A stretch of DNA of 64,000 nt from the NCBI GenBank assembly GCA_021158125.1, contig JAGGVF010000005.1, positions 2,566 through 66,565 on the forward strand, read 5' to 3'. This stretch comes from Candidatus Bathyarchaeota archaeon. Its GTDB lineage: Archaea; Thermoproteota; Bathyarchaeia; Bathyarchaeales; WUQV01. Within the stretch, counting starts at the first letter, position 1, and each line of letters starts with the position of its first letter. A program made the position numbers and the translations under genes. Under the pieces are notes generated by a model. The model saw nothing but the letters and a program-made list of their open reading frames with translations, made no database searches and was not told where the DNA came from. Of this stretch, positions 45,571 through 54,399 are shown piece by piece.

Positions 45571-46989
45571 TTAGGCTATCCTCCTGCAAACGGAAGTCTT
45601 GTAGACTGTTTCTCCCATGAAGTTGTAATCTTGAACTGGGCCGACCTCGTAGGGTTTTCCTTTCCACTCTATTTTGTCGCGGTTCCTTATTGGCGAAAAA
45701 ACGTAAACTTTGATGTAGTCAGTTTCCATATAGCCAGTTTCAAGAATGACTTCTTCGGCACGTAAGGATTCAACTACTGCCTTAATTTCAATAGGATCTC
45801 CATAAACGCTTTTTTCTCCTTCTTCAACTAACGGATAAAGCGTAACTTCGTCGCCGAGCATTTTCAGAATCCTAGTGAAAACCGTGTTTACTGGCTTGTA
45901 ATGTATGAGGAAGATTCCAAGCCAAGAAACGGTTATAGTTGATTTCTTATTTTCAATTGGGCTGTAATCATTGAATTTTGGGCCCCAAAACATGAACTCT
46001 TCATATTTTTCTTCAAGCACGTTTTTGGAGAATTCATAGCTAATTTTGTCGTGTCTTTGGCGGATATTCCATAGTATTCCCATTGTAACCGCATCATAAT
46101 ATTCGCATGCGGCTTCCCTTTTTTCCACATTTATGTATCCTGCCCAGCAAATAGCTGGATTATACGCTGGATGACTGGCTGAAAAAATTGAATTTAACGT
46201 TTCATAAACCTTTTTGACGGTGCTGCTCCATCCTTCATACTCGTAAAGTGCATTTAAAGCATAGGCAAAACAATCATCAATCACCGTGGTTTCCGAACTG
46301 TCTGCTCTGTGCCAACTTCCATCCCCGTTAGGTTCGGGTGCAAACTTCATGTAGAAATTTTCAATTCCGTAACGGTAAAAACTAAGCATGTCATTAATCA
46401 TTTCCACGTATTTCGTATCCCCTGTTAGTTCGAAGAGCTTTTTTAGCCCCTTTAGGCCGTAAAGGTCAACTATTTGCATGTTTTCAATCCATGAACCGTC
46501 TTCTGTTACTGCTTGTGCAAAACCGCCATAGTATTTGTCGTGGATTCCAATTTCGCTTGGTTTTTGCTGCATGTTATATAGAAAGTTTCCTCCTGCAAGT
46601 TTAGCTGAGTTTAGATGGTTCTCGTTGCCCGTGAGTTCATACGCCTTAATTAAAGCTGGAATTGCTCTCATAGCGTCGATGCTGTAGTAGTATGTGCTGC
46701 CTTCCGAACTTTTAAATCCGCCATACGCATAGCTTGATTCTGATGTGCATTGTAGAGACATGATGAAATCGGCGAGTTCAGTGATTTTATCCAAAACTTC
46801 ACCTTTCCTATCTTCAAATCGTTTGTCTTTGTAGGCTTCGTAGAGAAAATCTATTGCATGAGCTGCTGGAGCAGAGCCTTTCCCGAAGTTTTGGTCCGGT
46901 CCAGAGCTTGGGATAACATAGAAGTATGGTGCGTAATCAAGTATGAATTGTAAGTATGTTTCAAGGATTTTTTGTGTGTTATTTTCCAT
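45571..46989 (-). CDS. Fusion of an (alpha/alpha)6 six-hairpin glycosidase/epimerase-like domain to a head-closure (head-tail joining) domain
   Basis: N-terminal ~370 aa has repeated ..YGGF....G......D......L..Y.LTG...Y... helical-hairpin motifs. C-terminal ~90 aa (GDPIEIKAVVESL...YVFSPIRNRDKIEWKGKPYEVGPVQDYNFMGETVYKT) resembles HK97 gp9/SPP1 gp16-type head closure. Confidence 0.55.
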   Translation of the reverse strand: MENNTQKILETYLQFILDYAPYFYVIPSSGPDQNFGKGSAPAAHAIDFLYEAYKDKRFEDRKGEVLDKITELADFIMSLQCTSESSYAYGGFKSSEGSTYYYSIDAMRAIPALIKAYELTGNENHLNSAKLAGGNFLYNMQQKPSEIGIHDKYYGGFAQAVTEDGSWIENMQIVDLYGLKGLKKLFELTGDTKYVEMINDMLSFYRYGIENFYMKFAPEPNGDGSWHRADSSETTVIDDCFAYALNALYEYEGWSSTVKKVYETLNSIFSASHPAYNPAICWAGYINVEKREAACEYYDAVTMGILWNIRQRHDKISYEFSKNVLEEKYEEFMFWGPKFNDYSPIENKKSTITVSWLGIFLIHYKPVNTVFTRILKMLGDEVTLYPLVEEGEKSVYGDPIEIKAVVESLRAEEVILETGYMETDYIKVYVFSPIRNRDKIEWKGKPYEVGPVQDYNFMGETVYKTSVCRRIA

Positions 46990-46990
46990 T

Positions 46991-47344
46991 TTAATCCCTT
47001 AAAAGGCTTTTTTCACGTAGTTTTTCGATAAGTTCTTTCAGTCTGCTTTCAAGAATTGAAATTGAAGGCGAATTTGATAGACTGCTAACCTGGATGTTTC
47101 CAACATTGAAGTTTAATCCTACTGCTTTTCCTCCAGTTAAGTAGCAGATGCAGTAAATTGCCGCTAAATCCGTGATTGCAGCAGCCTCTATCTGACTGCA
47201 GTTTTCATAATCGATTTCCCGTCCAGTTTGAAGCTCAATTTCAGCCGTTGCATCTTTAATAAACTCATTTAACTTTTCATCTTCAACTTCTTCAGAGCCT
47301 ATGTTGAGCCTGTTCCTAACTCTCTCTGGAGTTACGTTTACCAT
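46991..47344 (-). CDS. gp6-like head-tail connector (SPP1 gp15 / QLRG family-like)
   Basis: VTPERVRNRLNIGSEEVEDEKLNEFIKDATAEIELQTGREI fits the connector N-terminal signature (vt.e.vk..Lri....D..l...i.aA...ie..tgr). Confidence 0.6.
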   Translation of the reverse strand: MVNVTPERVRNRLNIGSEEVEDEKLNEFIKDATAEIELQTGREIDYENCSQIEAAAITDLAAIYCICYLTGGKAVGLNFNVGNIQVSSLSNSPSISILESRLKELIEKLREKSLLRD

Positions 47345-47364
47345 TTTAATCCAGCTAAAATCTA

Positions 47365-47433
47365 GAAAAACGTAATTTAAAAGCGTTTTTCATGAAAATA
47401 AACAGTTAAAATTAACTAATTTTTATTTAACTG
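47365..47433 (-). promoter_or_regulatory. Two perfect 8-bp-stem hairpins in the wHTH-connector intergenic region
   Basis: GAAAAACG(47365-47372)/CGTTTTTC(47384-47391). CAGTTAAA(47403-47410)/TTTAACTG(47426-47433); this second hairpin spans the wHTH stop codon. Confidence 0.3.
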
Positions 47434-47744
47434 CTAAAAAGAGGATTTTCTTCTATTTTCCCGTAAGCTGCTTTTAATGTCTCAAGGTATTTGATTCCGG
47501 ACTCGGTTATTTTATAAACTCCTCTTTCTACTCTTTTGATGAATTTCTTGTTAAGCAAATATTTCATTCTACTTCGGAAACGTTGCGAAGTTGCAAAAAG
47601 GTGACGAGTTCCAAGTATCTTCTTTTCTAGTTCTGTCCAGCGAATTGTCTGGGTTCTTGTTAAAGTTTGAAGTATGGCTTTATCCATTAAGTCTTGTTGT
47701 TCACGTCTTGAAAGTTTAATTTCTGATTTTTCCGGTTTTTTCAT
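47427..47744 (-). CDS. Winged-helix DNA-binding protein embedded in the structural module
   Basis: 105 aa. ...RWTELEKKILGT...SRMKYLLNKKFIKRVERGVYKITESGIKYLE is a wHTH with a beta-wing (PadR/MarR-like). Confidence 0.55.
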   Translation of the reverse strand: MKKPEKSEIKLSRREQQDLMDKAILQTLTRTQTIRWTELEKKILGTRHLFATSQRFRSRMKYLLNKKFIKRVERGVYKITESGIKYLETLKAAYGKIEENPLFSS

Positions 47745-47745
47745 T

Positions 47746-49455
47746 TTAATCTCCTGTTATTTGTATTGCAATGTCTCCTATTAGAAGGAAGATTTTCGTT
47801 TTTGCAGTTTGACTTGTAGCTCCGCTACTTAGGATTTCTACTCCTATAGCCGAGTCTGTTATGGTTGCAACTTCTCGGAGTTTGCTTAAAATTTCCTGGC
47901 TTAAAGCTTCATCGGCAACTACTGTGACACGGGTAGGTCTTAGGGCAATTTCGCTTCCGACAGCATGCTCTGATAGAGCGATTAATCGTTGCTTAAGTAA
48001 GTGTTCTAAGCCTTCTGCAACATCCGTAACAGCACCTATGTGTCTAGCTTTTTTGATGGATTCCAATCCTGTTGCTATATCTGAAAACGTTAAGTTTCGA
48101 GTTTTATTTATGATTTCTTGGCTTAAGGCTTTATCAGCAAATGGGATTTCACGTTGTGGTCGGCTAAAAATTTCTTGGCTGCTCGCTTGGTCACTTACTT
48201 TAAAATTGCGGTAAAGGCGAGAAAACTGTTCACTTCCAACAGCGGAATCTGTTATGGTTACTTGCGTTGCTCCAGCTTCAGCTGTGTAAGTGCAGTAAAT
48301 GCTAAACCTGTAAGGTTGACCTCCGTCCGGCGTTCCAAACGGGTCGGGAAAAGCCCCGTAAGATTGTTCTCGGTATTTGCTGTAGCCGGGTTCAACATAG
48401 TCTCCTTTAACCATACCCCCGTTAACGTCATGTTGCAGCCCCAACCAGTAGTATTCACCTTGCGTAATATTTACTGATGATGTCGAAATGGTTAGCCAGT
48501 CGCCACTTGCTCCCAATGTGGATGGGCTTTCCCAAAGTAAATTGTTTGGGTTTCCAGCATTGTCATCGTAAATGGCAACCCGCACATGCCAATCGCTAGA
48601 TGTGGTGTAAATACTTACTGATTCTGCTGTTCCACTTCCTTCAGTTATTTGTTGTCGATTAGTTGCCATTGCCCATCCATGCATGTTAAGCTGTGAACCA
48701 CCAACTTCGGTATAACCGAAAGTTGGGTCTATCGTAACGGGATAAACAGCCTTATCCAAAAATTCTTGTGGAACCGTAACTGTTAACAAACCTTTCTTTT
48801 CATCAACTTTTAAGTCGCACCAAACTGTGTTTCCGTTTGCATTGGTTGCTTCCGGCCTGTAAATATGAAACGCTTTTCCAACTTTATATTTTTCAGCATC
48901 TTCTTTACTTCGGTGCATATTAGTTTTCGTTGCGTGATAAGCAGCGTAAGAGCCAACAACTTCAGGTGGACGGAAAACGATAACTCTTCCATTTTTAACA
49001 GCGTAAGTTTCAGTTATTTCATCATATTCGTTTGGGTTAAGCTCTTCGGTTAAGGGCGGCTGAAAATAAAACTTCAAGTTTTGCGTCTTCATTGGGAAAG
49101 TTAATGTATTTGTAGACGGCTTAGTTTTTAGGATAAGCTCAAACTCCAATCCGCCAAGTTCGTTCAGTTCGTAACTAATTTCTCGCTCCCTAATGTTTAC
49201 TTTGCTAACCGTTTTGTCTTTTGGGTAAGCCTTAACCGTGAAAAGCTCAGATTCCCAAACTACACAATTATTTTCCTCATTAAACTTCAAATTTTTCGCG
49301 GTAGTTCCAACAGACAATTTGATGTGGCATTCATTTTGCCAACGTTTAAGAAGAAATTGAGGTTTAAAATCTGCTGCGTCAGGAGATCCAATGAATATGG
49401 CGTCTTTGCTGAGTGTTTTAAAGTGAAAAGCCTTGTTAAATTGTTGCAGTTTCAA
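47746..49455 (-). CDS. Fibre/receptor-binding-like virion protein with a C-terminal 19-aa repeat array
   Basis: 569 aa. The beta-rich N-terminal and central domains (VRVAIYDDNAGNPNNLLWES...) are followed by 8 tandem ~19-aa repeats and a hydrophobic C-terminal end. Confidence 0.5.
   Translation of the reverse strand: MKLQQFNKAFHFKTLSKDAIFIGSPDAADFKPQFLLKRWQNECHIKLSVGTTAKNLKFNEENNCVVWESELFTVKAYPKDKTVSKVNIREREISYELNELGGLEFELILKTKPSTNTLTFPMKTQNLKFYFQPPLTEELNPNEYDEITETYAVKNGRVIVFRPPEVVGSYAAYHATKTNMHRSKEDAEKYKVGKAFHIYRPEATNANGNTVWCDLKVDEKKGLLTVTVPQEFLDKAVYPVTIDPTFGYTEVGGSQLNMHGWAMATNRQQITEGSGTAESVSIYTTSSDWHVRVAIYDDNAGNPNNLLWESPSTLGASGDWLTISTSSVNITQGEYYWLGLQHDVNGGMVKGDYVEPGYSKYREQSYGAFPDPFGTPDGGQPYRFSIYCTYTAEAGATQVTITDSAVGSEQFSRLYRNFKVSDQASSQEIFSRPQREIPFADKALSQEIINKTRNLTFSDIATGLESIKKARHIGAVTDVAEGLEHLLKQRLIALSEHAVGSEIALRPTRVTVVADEALSQEILSKLREVATITDSAIGVEILSSGATSQTAKTKIFLLIGDIAIQITGD
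47821..48264 (-). repeat. Eight tandem ~57-nt (19-aa) coding repeats
   Basis: Repeat cores: ITDSAVGSEQ, VSDQASSQEI, FADKALSQEI, FSDIATGLES, VTDVAEGLEH, LSEHAVGSEI, VADEALSQEI, ITDSAIGVEI. They are spaced 17-20 residues apart. Confidence 0.7.
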
Positions 49456-49468
49456 AGTTTAACCTCTT

Positions 49469-50011
49469 TTAACTTAAGCTAAGTTCAACTTGGACTACCC
49501 ACGTCTCACCGCTGGGTTTTGTGCCTTTATCGCTCACTTTACGATTAATGTGTTTAGCTGAAGTTGTGTTTCCGTTTGCGACTAAAAACTCTTGCCAGTC
49601 ATGATTGGCTGTGTTTCCGTCAGCAGTGGCCTTAAAAACAGCTTTTTGACTTGATCCGTAGGTTGGATAATCGGAATCCATAGGTAAATAGGTATAGTTT
49701 GTTCCTTGGGGGCCTGTCTGTGTTGCGTCTTCCGTTGTGGTTCCGTCTCCTACGCAGATATGAGCGTTAGAACTGTTAAATGCAGTTTCAGTTCCGCCGC
49801 AAACCAAAGTCCAAATTGCGTCGATACCTTGATTTAGGAATACGTCTTCGAGTTCCCACGGAAAAATTTCTTCATTAATCTCGTAGGGTTCGATGCCAAG
49901 TTTTAGTGCTTCTTCTTCGTTTTTAAAGTTGCCTTTAAACTTCTTAACGGTTATTTTGCATCTTCCTTCGATTCCTCTTTCACGAACTATTTTCCTAACA
50001 ATACGAGTCAT
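49469..50011 (-). CDS. Hypothetical virion-module protein (180 aa)
   Basis: ATG preceded by GGAGGTG. Beta-rich with G/T/N-rich loops. No family recognised. Confidence 0.5.
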   Translation of the reverse strand: MTRIVRKIVRERGIEGRCKITVKKFKGNFKNEEEALKLGIEPYEINEEIFPWELEDVFLNQGIDAIWTLVCGGTETAFNSSNAHICVGDGTTTEDATQTGPQGTNYTYLPMDSDYPTYGSSQKAVFKATADGNTANHDWQEFLVANGNTTSAKHINRKVSDKGTKPSGETWVVQVELSLS

Positions 50012-50027
50012 ATAATTGCACCTCCAT

Positions 50028-50264
50028 TTAGCCGGTTCGATTTATCCTTTTCAGGGTGCCGTCTGGGTTCCATTCAAAGGTGAGGGTGAAAATTAATTCT
50101 TCATTTTGGAAGGCTTTCAAAGTCTTAAGCGACTTATCAGCGTTCCATTCGAACTCTATTTTTGTGACTTTCTTTCCTTCGGGCGCGGAAGTTAGGCTGC
50201 TTAAAATTGCATTATGGATGGCTTCGTATGCTTGTTCGTATCTTCCCCAAATCACCTTTGACAT
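50028..50264 (-). CDS. Hypothetical small protein (78 aa)
   Basis: ORF directly downstream of the MCP gene on the same strand. No motifs. Confidence 0.45.
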   Translation of the reverse strand: MSKVIWGRYEQAYEAIHNAILSSLTSAPEGKKVTKIEFEWNADKSLKTLKAFQNEELIFTLTFEWNPDGTLKRINRTG

Positions 50265-50313
50265 TTCATTACCCTAAACGGCATATAATCAAAACATGGG
50301 AGAGTTAACGAAG

Positions 50314-51309
50314 CTAAAGTGCAGTGGCTATGTTCGTCATTTTTGCTACTGCTTTGCTTTGTAGGATGGCCATGCCTACTCTTTCGGATGCAACCACTCC
50401 GTAAGTTCCCCTGATAATGTCTTCGTAGGGCTTTGTTGTGATGTCTCTTCTAACAAGCATTACAGCGGCAACGGTTGTATCTATTGCGTAAACAACTCCG
50501 TTGGTGCACTTCGTACTTGACAAGACACGCATCCCTAGAACTTCGCCGAAACTTCCAGTTCTAACGTCAAATTCTCCGCTTGGCTTATAGTTTGCATTTA
50601 TGAACTTGTCATCTCTTAGAAGTTGTGATAGCTGCCTTGGATGTAGAAGCAGAACGTTCGGTGAAAAGTCTTCGTTTATTACTGCATCGTGGAGTTCAGT
50701 TATCTTGTTCCAGTCCATAGCCGTGGAGTTCCCGTCCAGAACGGCTCCGCCGGCTAGGCTTGAGGATTCTATTGCGTCATAAAGGTTTAACACTAGTTCC
50801 AGTTCTTTCAGGGCTATAGTTTTTCCTAGAGCCTCAGTTTGTCTCTCCATGACGTTCCATGTTGCGTCTTCGAGGAATTTTTCGGTCCATTCTGCAGCAG
50901 CCCTAATTTCAATGTTAGTGTAAATGTCAACGGTTTCGTATCTTTCGCCTACGATGAATACTTCCCCTGACTCCGCCATAACGTAGGCTTTACCCTTCTT
51001 CGCTTTGACAAAACGTTCAACAGACTCCTTAGTTGGTATAACCGTGATTATATCCCTAGAAATAAGATTGGGGTATGCTGCCTCAACAACCATGTCGTGA
51101 ATTCTTCCAACAGCACCTAAAATGTCACTGAAAAGCCCCTCTTTAACCCCCAAATTTAAGAATTTCTTGAAAAACCTGTTTTTCTCGGCTTGATTGATAA
51201 CCTTCTCATAGTAGCCTTTCATTTCCGCATCTTTCATTACTGCTTCAAAGACTCTTGGATTAACTCCCTTCCTGTCGGTTTCAAATTCTAAAATTTCATC
51301 AATTTCCAT
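50314..51309 (-). CDS. HK97-fold major capsid protein
   Basis: ATG at 51309 preceded by GGAGGG. About 330 aa. Typical pattern (...EWTEKFLEDATWNVMERQTEALGKTIALKELELVLN...LLLHPRQLSQLLRD.KF...) and placement after the protease-scaffold and decoration genes. Confidence 0.75.
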   Translation of the reverse strand: MEIDEILEFETDRKGVNPRVFEAVMKDAEMKGYYEKVINQAEKNRFFKKFLNLGVKEGLFSDILGAVGRIHDMVVEAAYPNLISRDIITVIPTKESVERFVKAKKGKAYVMAESGEVFIVGERYETVDIYTNIEIRAAAEWTEKFLEDATWNVMERQTEALGKTIALKELELVLNLYDAIESSSLAGGAVLDGNSTAMDWNKITELHDAVINEDFSPNVLLLHPRQLSQLLRDDKFINANYKPSGEFDVRTGSFGEVLGMRVLSSTKCTNGVVYAIDTTVAAVMLVRRDITTKPYEDIIRGTYGVVASERVGMAILQSKAVAKMTNIATAL

Positions 51310-51320
51310 TTTGTTCCCTC

Positions 51321-51755
51321 CTACTTGCCAACAAGTATTAGTATTTGGTCTCCATCGGCCGAGGCTGAGCAAAGAGCTATTCCAAGTTTTCTTGCATAAT
51401 AAATCGTGTAGGTGGCCGTCCCTCCTTCGTCTACATCCTGGTCTGTTAGCTGTGCAACTTTTCCATTTGAGGCTGAGCGGACGGCTGCTCCGCGGGCTAT
51501 AGACCCGGCTGCTTCAACTTTCACTATTCCTCTAGTGCAGACTGGGCATTGGTCACCGGTGGAAACTGTTTTTAGGGCTATTCCTACTGCGTTATCGTTT
51601 CCAGTGCTTGGTGAAACCTTTAGGTCTGAAGTTAGGTAGACAGGCCATCCTTTGGTTATGTCTGCTTCTGCTTCGAGGCTTAAAACTGTGGAGTCTCCGA
51701 GGCTTGTAATCAAATCTCCAACTTCGCATTCTGGAAAACCTGAATTATCAGCCAT
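51321..51755 (-). CDS. DUF2190-like head decoration/cement protein
   Basis: ITKGWPVYLTSD..V......NAVGIALKTVSTGDQCPVCTRGIVKVEAAGSIARGAAV matches the DUF2190 pattern (G.pV......v.....GvA......G..v.V...Gv..v.a...i..G..v). Confidence 0.65.
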   Translation of the reverse strand: MADNSGFPECEVGDLITSLGDSTVLSLEAEADITKGWPVYLTSDLKVSPSTGNDNAVGIALKTVSTGDQCPVCTRGIVKVEAAGSIARGAAVRSASNGKVAQLTDQDVDEGGTATYTIYYARKLGIALCSASADGDQILILVGK

Positions 51756-53352
51756 GTCTCATCCCTCCGTTTTTCATATCTTCGCTTTCCCGAAAGGCCG
51801 GAGAACGTAGAACCCGTTTAAGCTGGTAAATCATCTGTTTGGGGCCGTGTCCCCACTTATCCCAAATTTTTCTGTCGGGAATTACAGCTTCAACCATCTT
51901 CTTGAAAGCGCTAAACTTTCCCTCAACTTTCCTTAAACGTTCTTCAGCCAATTTAACTCTAGACTCAAGTTCCTCGTTGGAAATAGGCTGAAACGACGTT
52001 TGCTCTTCTTTCTTGAATTCTAATTCCTTGATTTTACTCTCAATTTCTCCAACTTTTTCATCTAATTCGTTGATTATTTCCTCTATGGACTCTAAGTATG
52101 GCAAGAACCAGCTTGGAACTTCAAATTCATGTTGAACTTCATCTTTTATCCTTTTTTGTTCTTCTTCATGAAATTCGCCTATTCCCAGCTCTTTCTTATG
52201 CCTGTCGAGATGAGCCTTTGCAGCTTCAAGTTGAGCGGTTGTTAGTTCTCCGCGGAGTTCAGGATTTTTCAGCATGATTCCAACTCTAGCGTTAGCGTTT
52301 CTTAAATGGGGAATGTCTACGCTTCCGTCCTTGCGGTGATGTGGAAACTTCCGAAGACTACGTGGAACAGTTTTCCCTTCCTCATCCTTTGTTCCACCGG
52401 GTAAGATTAACGCAAAAGCAGAGTCTGGAAGGTCATCTATGTAGCGTCTAGTCCAAACTCTTTCCGCAGCCTTAGCCATTCTTGAAGGCTCTAGTGGACT
52501 TGACTGCACAGTTTCCTGGCTTACGTATTGCGGATGCTCTCTAAGCCATTTCTGCACTGTTTCAAACGTCCATCCCGCACTTTTCATAAAAAGCAAAGCT
52601 ACTGGCTGAATCGACTCGGGATTTTCTCTTTCCCTTGCGAAAACTGCTTTTATACCATTTACGCTGTCTATCCAGCCTATGCTAAAGTGTTCAGGCATAA
52701 ATCCTTGCGGATCCCGAATTTCGTAATATATGAATTCTTGAGCTTCGCCTTGCTCTTTAATTTTCTCTGCGATTTCTTCGACTATCTGAATGTTTGTGTC
52801 CGGAATTCCGGGTACTGCAACTAGGCTTAGTTCACAGTTATGCAGTCCAATTGGAATTTTTCCATCAACGATTTCCAATTTTTCGTAGTCAGCGGCTAGG
52901 CTAACATGTTTGATTAATCCTTTCCTTATTTTCTCTTGGATTTCATCGTCGTAGATTTCGGCTTCATAAACTATGCTTCTGGATTTTTCGTCCCAAGAGG
53001 CGTCTGTTACTTTTCCAATGGCGTTTGTTGCGTAGACATGCTCTATGTAGACTGGGGCGCCTACAAGCTTTGCTGCGGCTTTTTTCAATTCCTCAGACAG
53101 GTAAATATTGTAGTTTCTGCTTTGACCAGCCTTTATTGCTACTCCGCGAATTCTCAGAGGTTTTTCAACTATCTTTTCCCTAATTGGGTTTGTCGCCAAA
53201 ATTTTTGTTCTTTCCCATATCGGCTTTCCAGCCTTTTGAAAGGCAGCGGTACAAATTGCATAGGCACTTGCTTTATCCTTACCCCGAGCCATAACTTTTC
53301 TGAGGCAATCCTCAAATTCTTCCGTATGCCTACGCCTACTCATCCATTGCAC
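51748..53352 (-). CDS. Prohead protease fused to a coiled-coil scaffold-like C-terminal half
   Basis: The N-terminal ~200 aa resembles HK97/XkdF-type prohead proteases (LRIRGVAI...GAPVYIEHVY..AIGKV...IRKGLIKHVSLAADY). The C-terminal part is a long charged helical region (KELGIGEFHEEEQKRIKDE...LEFKKEEQ...). Confidence 0.65.
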   Translation of the reverse strand: MQWMSRRRHTEEFEDCLRKVMARGKDKASAYAICTAAFQKAGKPIWERTKILATNPIREKIVEKPLRIRGVAIKAGQSRNYNIYLSEELKKAAAKLVGAPVYIEHVYATNAIGKVTDASWDEKSRSIVYEAEIYDDEIQEKIRKGLIKHVSLAADYEKLEIVDGKIPIGLHNCELSLVAVPGIPDTNIQIVEEIAEKIKEQGEAQEFIYYEIRDPQGFMPEHFSIGWIDSVNGIKAVFARERENPESIQPVALLFMKSAGWTFETVQKWLREHPQYVSQETVQSSPLEPSRMAKAAERVWTRRYIDDLPDSAFALILPGGTKDEEGKTVPRSLRKFPHHRKDGSVDIPHLRNANARVGIMLKNPELRGELTTAQLEAAKAHLDRHKKELGIGEFHEEEQKRIKDEVQHEFEVPSWFLPYLESIEEIINELDEKVGEIESKIKELEFKKEEQTSFQPISNEELESRVKLAEERLRKVEGKFSAFKKMVEAVIPDRKIWDKWGHGPKQMIYQLKRVLRSPAFRESEDMKNGGMRHG

Positions 53353-53451
53353 CGGATAAAAATAGGATAAGCCATAATTTAAAGTAAATTTAAGAAATAA
53401 GAAAAATATGATGTCTAAAATTAAAAATCTTTTTGAAAATCGTCTAAAATA

Positions 53452-54399
53452 TCATGTTAACCCATGTTTTCTTGCGAAGCAGAATATGGCTGTTAAAACT
53501 AGAGTTAATGCTAAAGTAATTGTTGATGAAAATTCCGGGATTGGTTCCGGATTTCCATGAACCTCCATGGTTTGACCATCCGTACTCATGATTATTGTTC
53601 CGGAGGCAAATGTGCCATACACTGTAATGTTATGGTTAAGTAGTCGTTGCATGGTTTCTTCATGTGGGTGGCCGTAGGGGTTGTTTTTGCTTACACTTAT
53701 AACAGCGTACGTTGCGTTTACAGCGTCTAGGAACTCGTTTGATGTTGCGTACTTGCTTCCGTGATGACTCACTTTTAACACTTGGCTTTTAAGGTTTAAT
53801 CCTGCGTTAATCATGCTTTCTTCGGTTTCAAATGTGGCGTCGCCGGTGAAGAGGAAGCTTACAGTTCCGACCTGTAACTTTAAAACTATGCTGTTACTGT
53901 TTTCATCGCTGAACTCTAATGGCTGTGTAGGATTCAAAACGGTAAGGTTCACGTTTGAATCTAAAACATATACTTGGCTTCTGTTTGCAAGCGTCACCTT
54001 GTCTTGGGCTAAGCTGATGAAATCTTCGTAAGTCTTCGTCTCCTTTTCCTGCCCGTTAAACAGAACCATGTCAACCGTAATGCTGGAGTCTAACACTGTG
54101 ATAAGGCCGCCTATATGATCCGCGTCTGGATGAGTTGCAACAACTATGTCAATATGGGAAATGTTAAGCTCGTTTAAATACGCCATCACAGTTGAACCAG
54201 CTCCACGTGGTCCACCGTCAATCAACACGTCTTCGCCGTTTGTATCAATGAATATAGAGTCTCCTTGGCCAACATCAAAGAAGTACACCGTGACCTCAAT
54301 TGAGTTTTCAAAAGTGCATATAACGAGGAAGTTGCTTGCGAAGGAGTGGATAATAAGTAGGAATAGGGCGAAGTTGATGAGGCGCCTGAGTTTTTTCAT
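53452..54399 (-). CDS. Exported ComEC/Rec2-type metallo-beta-lactamase-fold protein with PEF-CTERM-like anchor
   Basis: N-terminal TM/signal. VYFFDVGQGDSIFID...VLIDGG...VATHPDADHIGG...LKVSHHGS...NPYGHPH is the ComEC C-terminal MBL signature. The C-terminus PEFSSTITLALTLVLTAIFCFARKH resembles an archaeosortase PEF-CTERM signal. ATGA overlap with the upstream RHH gene. Confidence 0.75.
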   Translation of the reverse strand: MKKLRRLINFALFLLIIHSFASNFLVICTFENSIEVTVYFFDVGQGDSIFIDTNGEDVLIDGGPRGAGSTVMAYLNELNISHIDIVVATHPDADHIGGLITVLDSSITVDMVLFNGQEKETKTYEDFISLAQDKVTLANRSQVYVLDSNVNLTVLNPTQPLEFSDENSNSIVLKLQVGTVSFLFTGDATFETEESMINAGLNLKSQVLKVSHHGSKYATSNEFLDAVNATYAVISVSKNNPYGHPHEETMQRLLNHNITVYGTFASGTIIMSTDGQTMEVHGNPEPIPEFSSTITLALTLVLTAIFCFARKHGLT

